NCBI GenBank assembly: GCA_005881885.1
Contig: VBDX01000130.1
Span: forward strand, 1,882-65,881
Source: Chloroflexota bacterium
Lineage (GTDB): Bacteria; Chloroflexota; Limnocylindria; P2-11E
Length of the DNA: 64,000 nt
Direction of reading: 5' to 3'
Position 1 is the first letter of the stretch. Each line of letters begins with the position of its first letter. This document shows, piece after piece, positions 49,663-59,042 of the stretch. The position numbers were made by a program, and so were the translations under genes. The notes beneath the pieces were generated by a model. It was not told the origin of the DNA, did not search any database, and saw only the letters and a program-made list of their open reading frames with translations.

Positions 49663-50907
49663 ATGCGTCGGCCTCGCATTCGTTTTTGGCAGAAGGTCTT
49701 GACGGCGCTGCTCATCGTGGGCGTCGCGCCGATCGCGCTCGTCTCCTTTATCTCGATCCAGGGCACCCGAACCGACCTCACGAGCCTGGGTGTCACGAAC
49801 ATCAAGCAGCGCTCGATCTCGACCGCCAACGCCATCGACGCCTATCTCCAGAGCCGGCTCGGCGACATCGTCCTGGTCGCGAAGCTGCCCGACATCGTCC
49901 GGTATGCACAGAACTTCGCCGACCAAGGTGCCCGCGTCGCCGCACGGACCGCGCTCGGCGCCGCGGCGGCCCGGTCGCCGGAATACGAATCCGTCGCGGT
50001 CGTCGACCCGAAGGGGACGATCACCGCCGCATCGATCCAGACCGATGAGGGGACGAGTGTCGCCTTCCGCGAGTATTTCCTCACCGCCATGAAGGGCTCG
50101 TCCTATGTAAGCGATCCCTCCTACTCGGTCATCACAAACAAGCCCGCCCTCTTCTTCTCGTCGCCGATCGTCGCCAATGGGGTCGTCCTCGCCGCGGTCC
50201 GCACGCGCGTGAACCTCGCCGCGATCTGGGACATCGTCGAAGGCGACACCGGTTCGGTCGGCATCGGTGCGCACTCCTTCCTGGTCGACGACTACGGCAT
50301 CCGCCTCGCCGTGTCCGAGACTAAGGGCCACCGCGACCAGGCCGAATCGTTGATCTACAAGCCGATCGCGCCGATCGAAGCCGACACCGTCAAGAAGCTC
50401 GTCGCCGACAAGCGCTTTGGTCAAAAGACGCCGGACCAGCTGGTCATCGACCCCCTGCCGACGCTCAAGACCGCGCTCGACGCGCTCCCCAAGGGCGCGA
50501 GCGGCGGCGCGACGTTCGCGTTCGGTGCAGGTTCCGATGAGCAGCGGGGCGTCGTGACGCGGCTCGTCACCAAGCCCTGGGGGTACGTCCTCGCCGTACC
50601 GCTCACGACCTACACGAAGGCGGCGGACAACGCGACCTTCGACGCGGCGCTCATGCTCGTCATGGGCGTTCTCCTCTCGTTCGTCATCGGCGTCGTCCTC
50701 ACACGCTCCCTCGTCGGGCCGCTCCGCCGGCTCGTCGGCGAGGCGACGCAGGTGTCGACCGGGGACATCGATCTGCGCGAGGCGCGGTTCGACACGCGTA
50801 GCGGCGATGACATCACGCACGAGGTCGCCTCGGCGTTCGATCGCATGCTGAACGCACTCCGCTTCTATGCGCTGTCCGATCAGCCCGGCGCCGGCGGAGA
50901 GGAATAG
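49663..50907 (+). CDS. membrane sensor protein with periplasmic Cache-like domain and HAMP domain, no output domain
   Basis: TM helix, then a ~280-aa extracytoplasmic domain, then a second TM and a HAMP-like segment (PLRRLVGEATQVSTGDIDLR...ITHEVASAFDRMLNAL). Confidence 0.6.
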   Translation: MRRPRIRFWQKVLTALLIVGVAPIALVSFISIQGTRTDLTSLGVTNIKQRSISTANAIDAYLQSRLGDIVLVAKLPDIVRYAQNFADQGARVAARTALGAAAARSPEYESVAVVDPKGTITAASIQTDEGTSVAFREYFLTAMKGSSYVSDPSYSVITNKPALFFSSPIVANGVVLAAVRTRVNLAAIWDIVEGDTGSVGIGAHSFLVDDYGIRLAVSETKGHRDQAESLIYKPIAPIEADTVKKLVADKRFGQKTPDQLVIDPLPTLKTALDALPKGASGGATFAFGAGSDEQRGVVTRLVTKPWGYVLAVPLTTYTKAADNATFDAALMLVMGVLLSFVIGVVLTRSLVGPLRRLVGEATQVSTGDIDLREARFDTRSGDDITHEVASAFDRMLNALRFYALSDQPGAGGEE

Positions 50908-50908
50908 C

Positions 50909-52423
50909 GTGAACGCGCTGGCGCTGGAGCTCCTCGGCGTGGCGAAGGAATACCTCGGGCCGGCCGCGCCCGCCTTCCTCTCGCGCGAGCTGCACGCGCT
51001 GGGCGTCACCGCGAATACGGTCGACGCCGCTCACGTTCTACCGCTCGCGGAGCGCGCTCGGCAGGCCGCCGCGAAGGTCATGGACAACAAGAAGGCCGGC
51101 GAGTTCGCGCAGGCGCTCGCCAAACGCGGCGGACGTCTCGGCCAGCCGCGGGTCGCGGGCGACCATCGTCTGGCGAGCGAGGCGGCGGCGAACCTGTTTG
51201 TCAGCGGGCACTTGCGTCAGGCAGAGGCGGCCTACCGCGAGCTCATCAGGAAATACGGCGACGTCGACGCGATCGGGGGCCTCGCGCGCACGCTTCAATC
51301 GCTTGAGGACTTCGACGCGGCGTTGAGCGTCCTCCGCGAGGGTGCCGGCGCCTTCGCGAGGAAGGGCGACCGCGTGAGCGCGATCGCGCTCCTCGGCGTC
51401 GCCGTGGAGATCGCCCCGCGGGACCTGGCGGCCCACCGGCGCCTCGCCGCGGCCCTCGCCAACCAGGGCGATCTCATCAGTGCCTGCGAGGAGTACGGGC
51501 GCTTCATCGATGTCGCGCTGCGCGAGCGCGACACGCGACGCGCCTGGCTCGAGCTCGCGTACGGACGCGAGACCCTTGGCGACCTCCCGAAGCTTCTCGC
51601 GATCGCGGACCGTGTGGCCGCGGCGCAGGGCGAGGCGATGCCGACGCCGCCTCCGCCCGCTCGCGTCGCGGCCACACCTTCCACGCCCGCAACGCCGCGG
51701 CCGGTCCCCCCCGCGCCCGCGGCGATTACCGCAGCCCCCGCTGCGAAGCCGGCCGCGCCGGCGCCGACCATCCCCACCACCCCCACCGTTGCTGCACCTG
51801 TCTCGTCGCTGTCGCGGGAGGCAGCGGTCGAGGCGCAGCACAGGTCGGCGCTGGCTGCGGCCGTGCAAGCCCGCACTCACCCCCAGGCCCAGGCGAGCTC
51901 GGCGGTCGTGCTGAAGAACGCCAAGACCATGACCCACGCGGAGCACTCGGACCTCGTTGACCCTGCTGAACTGCTCGCGCGCGCAGGTATGAACGGCAAG
52001 CCGGCAGTCCAGCCCGCCACAGCACAGAAGCCGAGGCGGCTGGCGATGCCGCCGGTCGACGTCGAGACGGAGCTCGGTCGCCTAAAGGCGCGTGGGAACG
52101 TCGCCGAGGATGCCGCGGTGGCCGACGTTCGCGCGACGATCCTCATCGGCGCTCACGACCCTCGGGCTCCCGAGGCCGCGCTCGACGCGGCGCGCAAGCT
52201 CATGGCACTGCACAAGCTGCACGCGGCGTCGGACGTCCTGCTCGATTTCATCGGCGCAGGGTTCGCGGACCGCGAGGCGCAGCGCCTGCTCATCGAAGTG
52301 AACTGCGAGCTCGGCCGACGTGAGACCGCGCGCGAGAAGTGCCAGCTCCTGGGTACCGCATACCGCCTGGATGGCCAGGGCGCCGTCGCCGAAGACGTGG
52401 AGCGGCTCGCCCGAATTCTCTAG
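50909..52423 (+). CDS. TPR-like repeat protein with Pro/Ala-rich linker
   Basis: GTG 2 nt after the upstream stop. Helical repeat N-domain, then a PAPAAITAAPAAKPAAPAPT linker, then a helical C-domain. Probably co-transcribed with the Cache-HAMP gene. Confidence 0.55.
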   Translation: MNALALELLGVAKEYLGPAAPAFLSRELHALGVTANTVDAAHVLPLAERARQAAAKVMDNKKAGEFAQALAKRGGRLGQPRVAGDHRLASEAAANLFVSGHLRQAEAAYRELIRKYGDVDAIGGLARTLQSLEDFDAALSVLREGAGAFARKGDRVSAIALLGVAVEIAPRDLAAHRRLAAALANQGDLISACEEYGRFIDVALRERDTRRAWLELAYGRETLGDLPKLLAIADRVAAAQGEAMPTPPPPARVAATPSTPATPRPVPPAPAAITAAPAAKPAAPAPTIPTTPTVAAPVSSLSREAAVEAQHRSALAAAVQARTHPQAQASSAVVLKNAKTMTHAEHSDLVDPAELLARAGMNGKPAVQPATAQKPRRLAMPPVDVETELGRLKARGNVAEDAAVADVRATILIGAHDPRAPEAALDAARKLMALHKLHAASDVLLDFIGAGFADREAQRLLIEVNCELGRRETAREKCQLLGTAYRLDGQGAVAEDVERLARIL

Positions 52424-52426
52424 CGG

Positions 52427-53245
52427 CTAGGTCGCGTGTGGCGGCGGGCTGCTCCCGGTGTTCAGGAAGGGCCGCGCCAGGAGCGTGATCACGAATCCGG
52501 CGATGAATCCCCCGATGTGCGCCCAGTACGCGACACCGGTCGTCTGATCGCTCACCGCGATCGCGCCCAGCCCGTTGACGAACTGGAGGAGCGCCCAGAT
52601 GCCGATCATGAAGATGGCCGGCACCGTCCGAAATGTGAAGAAGTACCCCAGCGTGAAAAGCACGCGAACCTGATTCTGCGGGAAGAGCACGAGGTACGAC
52701 GCGAGCACCCCGCTGATCGCCCCGGACGCGCCGAGACTCGGGATGATCGAATCCGGCTGGCTCGCGACGTGCGCCAGGCCCGCGATGATCCCGCACACCA
52801 GATAGAAGACGAGGTACTTGATCGAGCCGAAAGCTCGCTCGATGTTGTCGCCGAAGATGAAGAGGAAAAGCATGTTGCCGCCGATGTGCAGCCAGCCTCC
52901 GTGCATGAACATCGACGTGAAGAGGGTCAGCCAGAGCGGATTCGGCCCCGGCGCTTCGTCGATCTGCGCGGTCGAGCCATCCGGTAGGTGCAGCGTCTGT
53001 GGTCCCACGATGTCGACGCCGCGCGTGATCTCCGCCGGGACGGTGCTATAGCCGTTGGTGAAATCCGGACTCGTCAGCTGGTAGAGGAAGACGAGCACGT
53101 TGATCGCGATGATCGCGATGTTGACGTAGGGGATGCCCGTCCGGCCGGAGGTGTCCTGGTCGCCGACGGGTATCACGGCGGCATTCTCCTTAGCCGGCCG
53201 ACCGAGCGCCAATCCGCCATCGCAGGAGGCCCGTTCCGCCGACAT
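52427..53245 (-). CDS. rhomboid-family intramembrane serine protease
   Basis: GASGAISGV (GxSG) and HIGGFIAGF catalytic helices. 6-7 TM helices. Confidence 0.8.
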   Translation of the reverse strand: MSAERASCDGGLALGRPAKENAAVIPVGDQDTSGRTGIPYVNIAIIAINVLVFLYQLTSPDFTNGYSTVPAEITRGVDIVGPQTLHLPDGSTAQIDEAPGPNPLWLTLFTSMFMHGGWLHIGGNMLFLFIFGDNIERAFGSIKYLVFYLVCGIIAGLAHVASQPDSIIPSLGASGAISGVLASYLVLFPQNQVRVLFTLGYFFTFRTVPAIFMIGIWALLQFVNGLGAIAVSDQTTGVAYWAHIGGFIAGFVITLLARPFLNTGSSPPPHAT

Positions 53246-53256
53246 CGGTACGGGGC

Positions 53257-53679
53257 GTGCTTCACGGGTGCATCGTGCGCATCTCGAGGTATTGCGGCAA
53301 GGAGCGTCTTCCCGGGAGCGCCCGTTTTTGGCAGCGCCTCGCCCGGCGCGCGGGCTTCAAGGGAACGCTCGCGGTCTATGGCTACGGCGTAGGCGGCCGC
53401 CCCGGCGGCGCCCAGCGGAAGGCCGAGCGGACGGGTGTGCAGGACGGCATCGTGCTCGCCGACTATGAGCCCGGCCTCATTCGGGTGTGGGTGCCCTGCA
53501 CGTGTCAGGCCGCGGACTTCGACGCCGACCAGCTCCGCGACGATCGCGAGGATCCGCTCTCGAGCTTCGCGCACGAGCTCGGCCACCACGTGCAGCGGCG
53601 GCGGCACGGGTCGTACTTCAACGAGGCCGTGGCCGAGCGCTACGGCCGGCTCTTGCTCCGCGAATTCGGGGTGCGCTGA
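53257..53679 (+). CDS. hypothetical protein with HExxH motif
   Basis: FAHELGHHV motif near the C-terminus. The start is uncertain, because the ORF start is only 11 bp from the divergent rhomboid ATG. Confidence 0.3.
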   Translation: MLHGCIVRISRYCGKERLPGSARFWQRLARRAGFKGTLAVYGYGVGGRPGGAQRKAERTGVQDGIVLADYEPGLIRVWVPCTCQAADFDADQLRDDREDPLSSFAHELGHHVQRRRHGSYFNEAVAERYGRLLLREFGVR

Positions 53680-53685
53680 ATCCCG

Positions 53686-53985
53686 CTACGAAACGTGCGT
53701 GAACGTCACCTGCGGCAGCGCCGTGGCGTGAACGCCGGGTAGCAGGTTGATGAGCGGCGCGGGCGACGAAGTTGGTCGTGGCGGATTTCCGCGTCGCGTC
53801 CCCACAAGCGATGGAAGAGGCGAGGGGTACGCGGTCCCCCTCGGACCCCCTGGGGTCTCGGCCGCGACCGGGGGCTGCAGCGGCGCGGCCACGTTCTTCG
53901 CGTGCGCGGTGGTGTAGGCGTAGGAGGCCGCGAGCACGAGCAGCGTTGTGATGAGCGACCCGAGCTTGAGCGCGAAGGCGGACAT
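53686..53985 (-). CDS. small N-terminally anchored Pro-rich protein
   Basis: MSAFALKLGSLITTLLVLAASYAY then a Pro-rich tail. It lies 5 bp downstream of the DUF1501 gene on the same strand. Confidence 0.35.
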   Translation of the reverse strand: MSAFALKLGSLITTLLVLAASYAYTTAHAKNVAAPLQPPVAAETPGGPRGTAYPSPLPSLVGTRRGNPPRPTSSPAPLINLLPGVHATALPQVTFTHVS

Positions 53986-53990
53986 GTGCG

Positions 53991-55277
53991 CTAGGCCTGC
54001 GTCTTCACGAACGGCACGCGGTCGAAGCTCTGGCCGAGGAGCTCCTTGGCGTCGACGGCGAGGTGCGAGGTCAGGATCTCCTGGTACACGGCGCGGAAGT
54101 CGACCGAGTAGCTGAGGTTCCCGCCCTGGTCGAGCTTCGCGAGGTTTGGCGTCTCGCCGTAGACGCCCCCCTTCACGCCCTCGCCGATGAGGAAGACCGG
54201 CGAGGCGGTCCCGTGGTCGGTGCCGCCGCTCGCGTTCTCCTTCGGCCGGCGGCCGAACTCGGACCACGTCGCGATCATCACGCGGTCGGCCATGCCGTAC
54301 CCGGAGAGGTCGTCCTGGAACGCGCTGATCGCCGCGTCGAGGTAGTTCATAAGCGAGTCGTGCCTGTTGAGCTCGGTGTAGTGCGTGTCGAAGCCGCCGA
54401 GCGTTACGTGGAGGACCTTCACCCCTGTGCCGGTGACGATGAGCTCCGCGGCAAGCTGGAGCGCCGCCGCGAGCTGGTTCTTGCTCGAGTACACGAGATT
54501 GACCTTGTCGCTGTAGTTGCCCTTCGGCGTGTACTTCGCAGCGGATGTCCGCAGTTGCGCGACGGTGTCGCGCGCCGTGGTCATCGCGGTGTCGAAGAGC
54601 GCGCCGTAGATGCCCGGCGTGCTCTTGTAGAGCGTACCCATCACGTTCTCGACGTTCTGGCCGCCCTGGAAGCCGAACGTCTTCGCGTCGTCGACGACGG
54701 TGAGCGTGGCCTGCAGGTCGCGAAGCATGCCGGGCACGCTCGTCGTCCCGCAGGCGCAGCCAACGAGTGGGTGGCCGAGCGAGTCGTAGTTCTTGGCGAT
54801 CGCCGCGCCGAGCCAGCCGTCCTGCTGGCGGCGGTCCGGGTCGGCGGTTTCCCAGACGCGGATCGAGTCGAAGTGCGAGAACGAGGGCTTTGGGTAACCG
54901 ACGCCCTGGACGATCGCCACCTTCCCCTCGTCGTAGAGCTTCTTGAGCCCCTTGAGGTTCTCGTGCAGGCCGATGTCCTTATTGATGGGCTGTGCCTTCG
55001 CCGCCGCGGCGGAGAGCTGCGGACGGAAGTCGCGGTACTGGGAGCTCCCGATCGGGATGACCGTCTGCAGGCCGTCGTTCCCGCCGCCGAGCTGGATCAT
55101 CACGAGCACCTTGTCGTTCTGGACCTGCGCCGACTTCGCCGACAGCACGGCGCGCGCGAAGACGTCGGGCACGGCGGCGTAGCCCGAGGCGAGCGCCTGC
55201 GCGCCGACGCCGAAGACGAGTCCATTCCGCAGGAAGTCCCTGCGCGAAAGTCCGTTCGTGCCTCCGAGCTCTTTCAT
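53991..55277 (-). CDS. DUF1501 domain protein, Tat-exported
   Basis: Twin-arginine signal MKELGGTNGLSRRDFLRNGLVFGVGAQALAS. Sulfatase-like fold segments are present. The Arg-rich N-terminal 196 aa of the ORF are rejected. Confidence 0.8.
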   Translation of the reverse strand: MKELGGTNGLSRRDFLRNGLVFGVGAQALASGYAAVPDVFARAVLSAKSAQVQNDKVLVMIQLGGGNDGLQTVIPIGSSQYRDFRPQLSAAAAKAQPINKDIGLHENLKGLKKLYDEGKVAIVQGVGYPKPSFSHFDSIRVWETADPDRRQQDGWLGAAIAKNYDSLGHPLVGCACGTTSVPGMLRDLQATLTVVDDAKTFGFQGGQNVENVMGTLYKSTPGIYGALFDTAMTTARDTVAQLRTSAAKYTPKGNYSDKVNLVYSSKNQLAAALQLAAELIVTGTGVKVLHVTLGGFDTHYTELNRHDSLMNYLDAAISAFQDDLSGYGMADRVMIATWSEFGRRPKENASGGTDHGTASPVFLIGEGVKGGVYGETPNLAKLDQGGNLSYSVDFRAVYQEILTSHLAVDAKELLGQSFDRVPFVKTQA

Positions 55278-55285
55278 CGCTGCAC

Positions 55286-56800
55286 CTATTTCAGCTGGAA
55301 TTCCGGCGAGGCGAGGAGGATCAGCCAGCGCGTCGCATCGTCTGGAGACGAGTTGAGGAGCTGCGCGGTCGCCGGGCTTACGACGCCATCGAGATGCGTC
55401 ACGTGCGCGTCCTTGAACGGCGGGATCTTCGGCATCCCGGTGAGCGTCACCTGCGCGAAGTTCACCCGCTCGAGCACGTTGTTGCTCGAGATCCAGCTGG
55501 CGTTCGATGGCCAGCCGCCGACCTCGGGCGGATCGAAGAGCAGCTGACCCATGCCCTGGCCGGCGACGCCGATGGCTTTCGCGAGCGCCGGCGTCTCGAG
55601 CGCGCGGGCCATGTGCACCATGAGCTCCGTCGGGCTCTTCACGAGCGCGCGGTAGCTCGCCGGCGCGAGGAACTCGGGGCTCATGAAGACGTCGCGCATG
55701 AGGCTCTTCACGTCGTACCGGGACTTGCGGAAGCCGTCGGCGAGGCGCTTCACATAGGCGTCGGACGGCTGGTCGGTGACGAACTCGCGGAGGATCTTCG
55801 TCACGATGAACGGCGCGACGGCGTCCTGCGCGAGGATCTGCTCGAGAACGCCCTTGGTGTCCCACTGCTTGACCAGTCCGAGGAACTTCACGCCGCCGAC
55901 GTACGCGCGCTGCTGCTCGAAGACCCCGGTCTTGACGTCGTCGACCTTCAGGTTCTTTGGTACTTGGCGGCCCTGCTCCATCGCACGCTTAACCTGCGCG
56001 TCGTACATCGCCTGCGTGAGCGGCTCGCGCCATCCGGCAAGCGCCTTCGCGCCGTTGCGGACGTCGTCCTCGGTGAAGGTGCCGACGCCCATGGTGAAGA
56101 GCTCCATGAGCTCACGGCTGTAGTTCTCGTTCGGCGCGCGACCGGTTGACGTGCCCAGGTCGAGGTAGCGGAGCATGCCCGGATCGATCGTGACCTGATA
56201 GAGCATGCCGTAGAAGTTGCCGAGCGCCATCCGCCGCCAGGTCAGGTTCTGCCAGTAGATGTACGGCGTCTGAAGATTCACCTTGCGGAAGTCGCTGGTG
56301 AAGTGGCCGTGCCAGAAGAAGGTCATGCGCTCGCCGAACGGCGTGGGCGATCGCAGCATCCAGTCGAGCCACCAGCTGATCAGCTCCTGAGGCCTGATCG
56401 GCTTCTCTTGCGTCGCGTCGTCCGCGCCGGCAAGCGGCGGAGGCTCGGCGATGGGCGTCTCGATGAGCCGGTCGACGGTCTTCTTGAATCCGTCCTTGAC
56501 TGACTGCTCGTACTCGCTCGGGGTGGCACCGAACGTCGCGCGACGCAGGAGATGCGCGACCTGCGCCTCCGGCTTGTCGAGCGGCGAGACCCAATCGACG
56601 CCGGTTGGGGCCGGCGACTGCGTCTGACCGGGCAGAGCGATCGTCGGGAGGTCGCCGAGGTGGTGGAGTCCCAGCGCTCGCGTGATCGCGAGCCCGCCGG
56701 CCGCGGCGCCCGCGCCGACGAGGACGTGCCGGCGGCGGATGCCCAGAGGTGTCTTTCGGAGGGTCTTGGCGGGCTTCGCGGTCGTCGGCTGCTCGTTCAT
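55286..56800 (-). CDS. DUF1800 family protein
   Basis: 504 aa. It is the canonical upstream partner of DUF1501, 8 bp away. Its conserved WHGHFTS region is present. Confidence 0.75.
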   Translation of the reverse strand: MNEQPTTAKPAKTLRKTPLGIRRRHVLVGAGAAAGGLAITRALGLHHLGDLPTIALPGQTQSPAPTGVDWVSPLDKPEAQVAHLLRRATFGATPSEYEQSVKDGFKKTVDRLIETPIAEPPPLAGADDATQEKPIRPQELISWWLDWMLRSPTPFGERMTFFWHGHFTSDFRKVNLQTPYIYWQNLTWRRMALGNFYGMLYQVTIDPGMLRYLDLGTSTGRAPNENYSRELMELFTMGVGTFTEDDVRNGAKALAGWREPLTQAMYDAQVKRAMEQGRQVPKNLKVDDVKTGVFEQQRAYVGGVKFLGLVKQWDTKGVLEQILAQDAVAPFIVTKILREFVTDQPSDAYVKRLADGFRKSRYDVKSLMRDVFMSPEFLAPASYRALVKSPTELMVHMARALETPALAKAIGVAGQGMGQLLFDPPEVGGWPSNASWISSNNVLERVNFAQVTLTGMPKIPPFKDAHVTHLDGVVSPATAQLLNSSPDDATRWLILLASPEFQLK

Positions 56801-56989
56801 GCGCTTGGTATATCGCGCCTGAGGGAGTTGAGGTTCCCCCGACCGTATTGGATCGGTGTACTGATTGTCAGAAGAGTGTTAGCGCCCTCGAATCGTTAGA
56901 CTTTCGTACTAAGCGGCGACGTACGGCGCTTCGCGCCTCGTCGCCGTCGTCGCCACACTGAGCGAGCAAGCTCGCTCCTGTGGCTCCCA

Positions 56990-57060
<71 letters not shown>

Positions 57061-57280
57061 CAGATTCGAGGAAATCGCGGTCCCGCGAGGCTGCAAGCCA
57101 TAGATTCTGCAGATCTTTGTCGTGGCAGCGAATCCTTTTGCCGAAGAAACTTTGTTGCCGAGACACGGGTCCGCCCGCCAAAGGCAAGGGTCTGCAGGAC
57201 AAAGGTCTGCGCGGGCTGGCTTCACGACAGCGCAGCGCTGGTAGATGCGACCTCCGCGTGGGCTGACTGTGAATTCGCGC

Positions 57281-58294
57281 CTAGTCGCGCGGTAAGCTCT
57301 CGACGATCCCCGACTCCAGGTAAGTCGCATACCCGATCACGACTGGAGGCTTGGCGTCGATCCAGCTCACCGACTCGAGGATCACATCCTCCTCGGCGAG
57401 GAGCGCTGATGTTCGGGCATCGAATATCAAAACGTGTCGCCTCTTCACCCCCGTGTATGTGGACGTCTTCGCCACTGCGACACCCTGCCGGCCCGCGCGA
57501 TCGTGCACCTGACCGACCAGTTCGACACCGGGGATGCCCGCCGCGACCTTGTAAAGGGCTGCTCTCACCTGGGGCGGAGCGGTCTGTTCCCTCAGAAGAT
57601 CGCCAATGACGACGAACATCTCGTCGTAGAGGGGTGGGTCCGCGCGCTGTGCGCGTTCACGAATCACAGTCGCGAGCGCACTCGGATCGGTCGGGAGCCG
57701 CGATAGGTCTTCGAAGCTCAGCCCCTGCGCGCCGAAGTCTTGGTTTATTGCCCGTCCAAGGGGAGGGGAGCCAGCCGCCAGCCACGCAGCGCGTGAGCGC
57801 TCGCTGAGGAAGACCATCTCACCAGCGGTCTCTCGGATTCGGCCGGAGCCATCTGGCGCGATCCACATCGTCCTCATCTTCGGAACCAGCGCAGCGATCA
57901 ACTCGCCGCCTTGCGCGCCCATCATGCTCAGATACATCGAGTCGGTCTTCGTGTAGCGGTAACCGGGCGTAGTGGCGGGCACCGGGGCTGGCTGCAGGAC
58001 CGCAGCCCTGGCGAGATCGTTCAAGACAGTCGCCGCTCCGGCCGCTCCCTGGTCCCGACCTAGCCAGGGCAATCCGGCCACGAGGATGATGGCCGCGAGA
58101 ACCACAACTGCGCCGATGCGGAGCGTCGCAGGGCGGCTAACGTGAAGTGGGCCGATAACGAACGTTCTTCTACTGAGGCGCGGCGACGCGACGGCGGCGC
58201 GGATGGCAGGCCAGAGATCCATGTCGGCCGGGACCGCCTCATTCGCTTCTGCCTCAAGGACTTCACGAATGAGCCTCGATCGATGTGCCATCAC
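57281..58294 (-). CDS. putative anti-sigma factor / membrane protein partner of ECF sigma
   Basis: 55-aa cytoplasmic N-domain, one TM helix (IGAVVVLAAIILVAG), and a ~250-aa extracytoplasmic domain. It lies 16 bp downstream of the ECF sigma gene. Confidence 0.6.
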   Translation of the reverse strand: MMAHRSRLIREVLEAEANEAVPADMDLWPAIRAAVASPRLSRRTFVIGPLHVSRPATLRIGAVVVLAAIILVAGLPWLGRDQGAAGAATVLNDLARAAVLQPAPVPATTPGYRYTKTDSMYLSMMGAQGGELIAALVPKMRTMWIAPDGSGRIRETAGEMVFLSERSRAAWLAAGSPPLGRAINQDFGAQGLSFEDLSRLPTDPSALATVIRERAQRADPPLYDEMFVVIGDLLREQTAPPQVRAALYKVAAGIPGVELVGQVHDRAGRQGVAVAKTSTYTGVKRRHVLIFDARTSALLAEEDVILESVSWIDAKPPVVIGYATYLESGIVESLPRD

Positions 58295-58310
58295 GGGACC
58301 ACTTCCTTTC

Positions 58311-58901
58311 TCAGCGCGTACCAGTGAGCAGCGCGCGCAGGCGCGATCGACCGTCGTGAAGGCGCCGCTTCACCGTCCCAAGAGGGCTCGACAACTCATC
58401 GGCGATCTCTGGCCCGCTGAGGCCGACGAAGTAATGAAGGACGACAGCCGAGCGCTGCCGCGGCGTCAGACTTTCGATGGCGTCCTGGACCTGATGGCGC
58501 AGCTCTGCGAACTCGGCCTGGGCGTCGGGTTCCGGGTCGGGACTCGTGAGGAGTTCCCCAAAAGTGGGACCGTTGGGCGTCCAATGGCTGTTCAACGACA
58601 CCTGACGCGCGCGCCGGTCCGCCGCCTTCAACGCGTCGTTCACGACCGCTCGCAGGAACCATGGGGCGAAAGGGCGCTCGGCGTGGAATTGCTGGATCCT
58701 CTCGTAACAGCGCAAGAAGGCGTCGCACACGATGTCCTCCGCCAGCTGACGGTCGCGAACGATCAGATACGCCGCTCGCGTCGCTTGCAGCTGGTACTGA
58801 CCCACGAGTGTTTCGAGCCCGCCGATGTCGCCACGCCGAAGCCGCTCGATTGCGTGCCTTTCGTCGGTCGGCGGCCCGGCGCCTTGCGGCATCGCAGTCA
58901 C
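58311..58901 (-). CDS. ECF-type RNA polymerase sigma-70 factor
   Basis: Sigma region 2 (LIVRDRQLAEDIVCDAFLRCYERI) and region 4 (LTPRQRSAVVLHYFVGLSGPEIADEL). Confidence 0.85.
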   Translation of the reverse strand: MTAMPQGAGPPTDERHAIERLRRGDIGGLETLVGQYQLQATRAAYLIVRDRQLAEDIVCDAFLRCYERIQQFHAERPFAPWFLRAVVNDALKAADRRARQVSLNSHWTPNGPTFGELLTSPDPEPDAQAEFAELRHQVQDAIESLTPRQRSAVVLHYFVGLSGPEIADELSSPLGTVKRRLHDGRSRLRALLTGTR

Positions 58902-59042
58902 TATCCGCCAGCGGCCTCAAAGGTTCGGGTCCGGCTTGGGACTCGAGACGTTTCGGCAAGCGACCGCGTGCGTAAAGCGGCCCGTGGCTCGTGTTGTCAT
59001 GGGCTCGGCGAGACGGGGAACCCCGCGCCGGCCTCCGATGTA

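Noticed and set aside
55278-55865. N-terminal 196 codons of the 624-aa ORF
   Set aside because: Arg-rich and overlapping the DUF1800 gene. The protein clearly starts at the Tat signal Met (55277).
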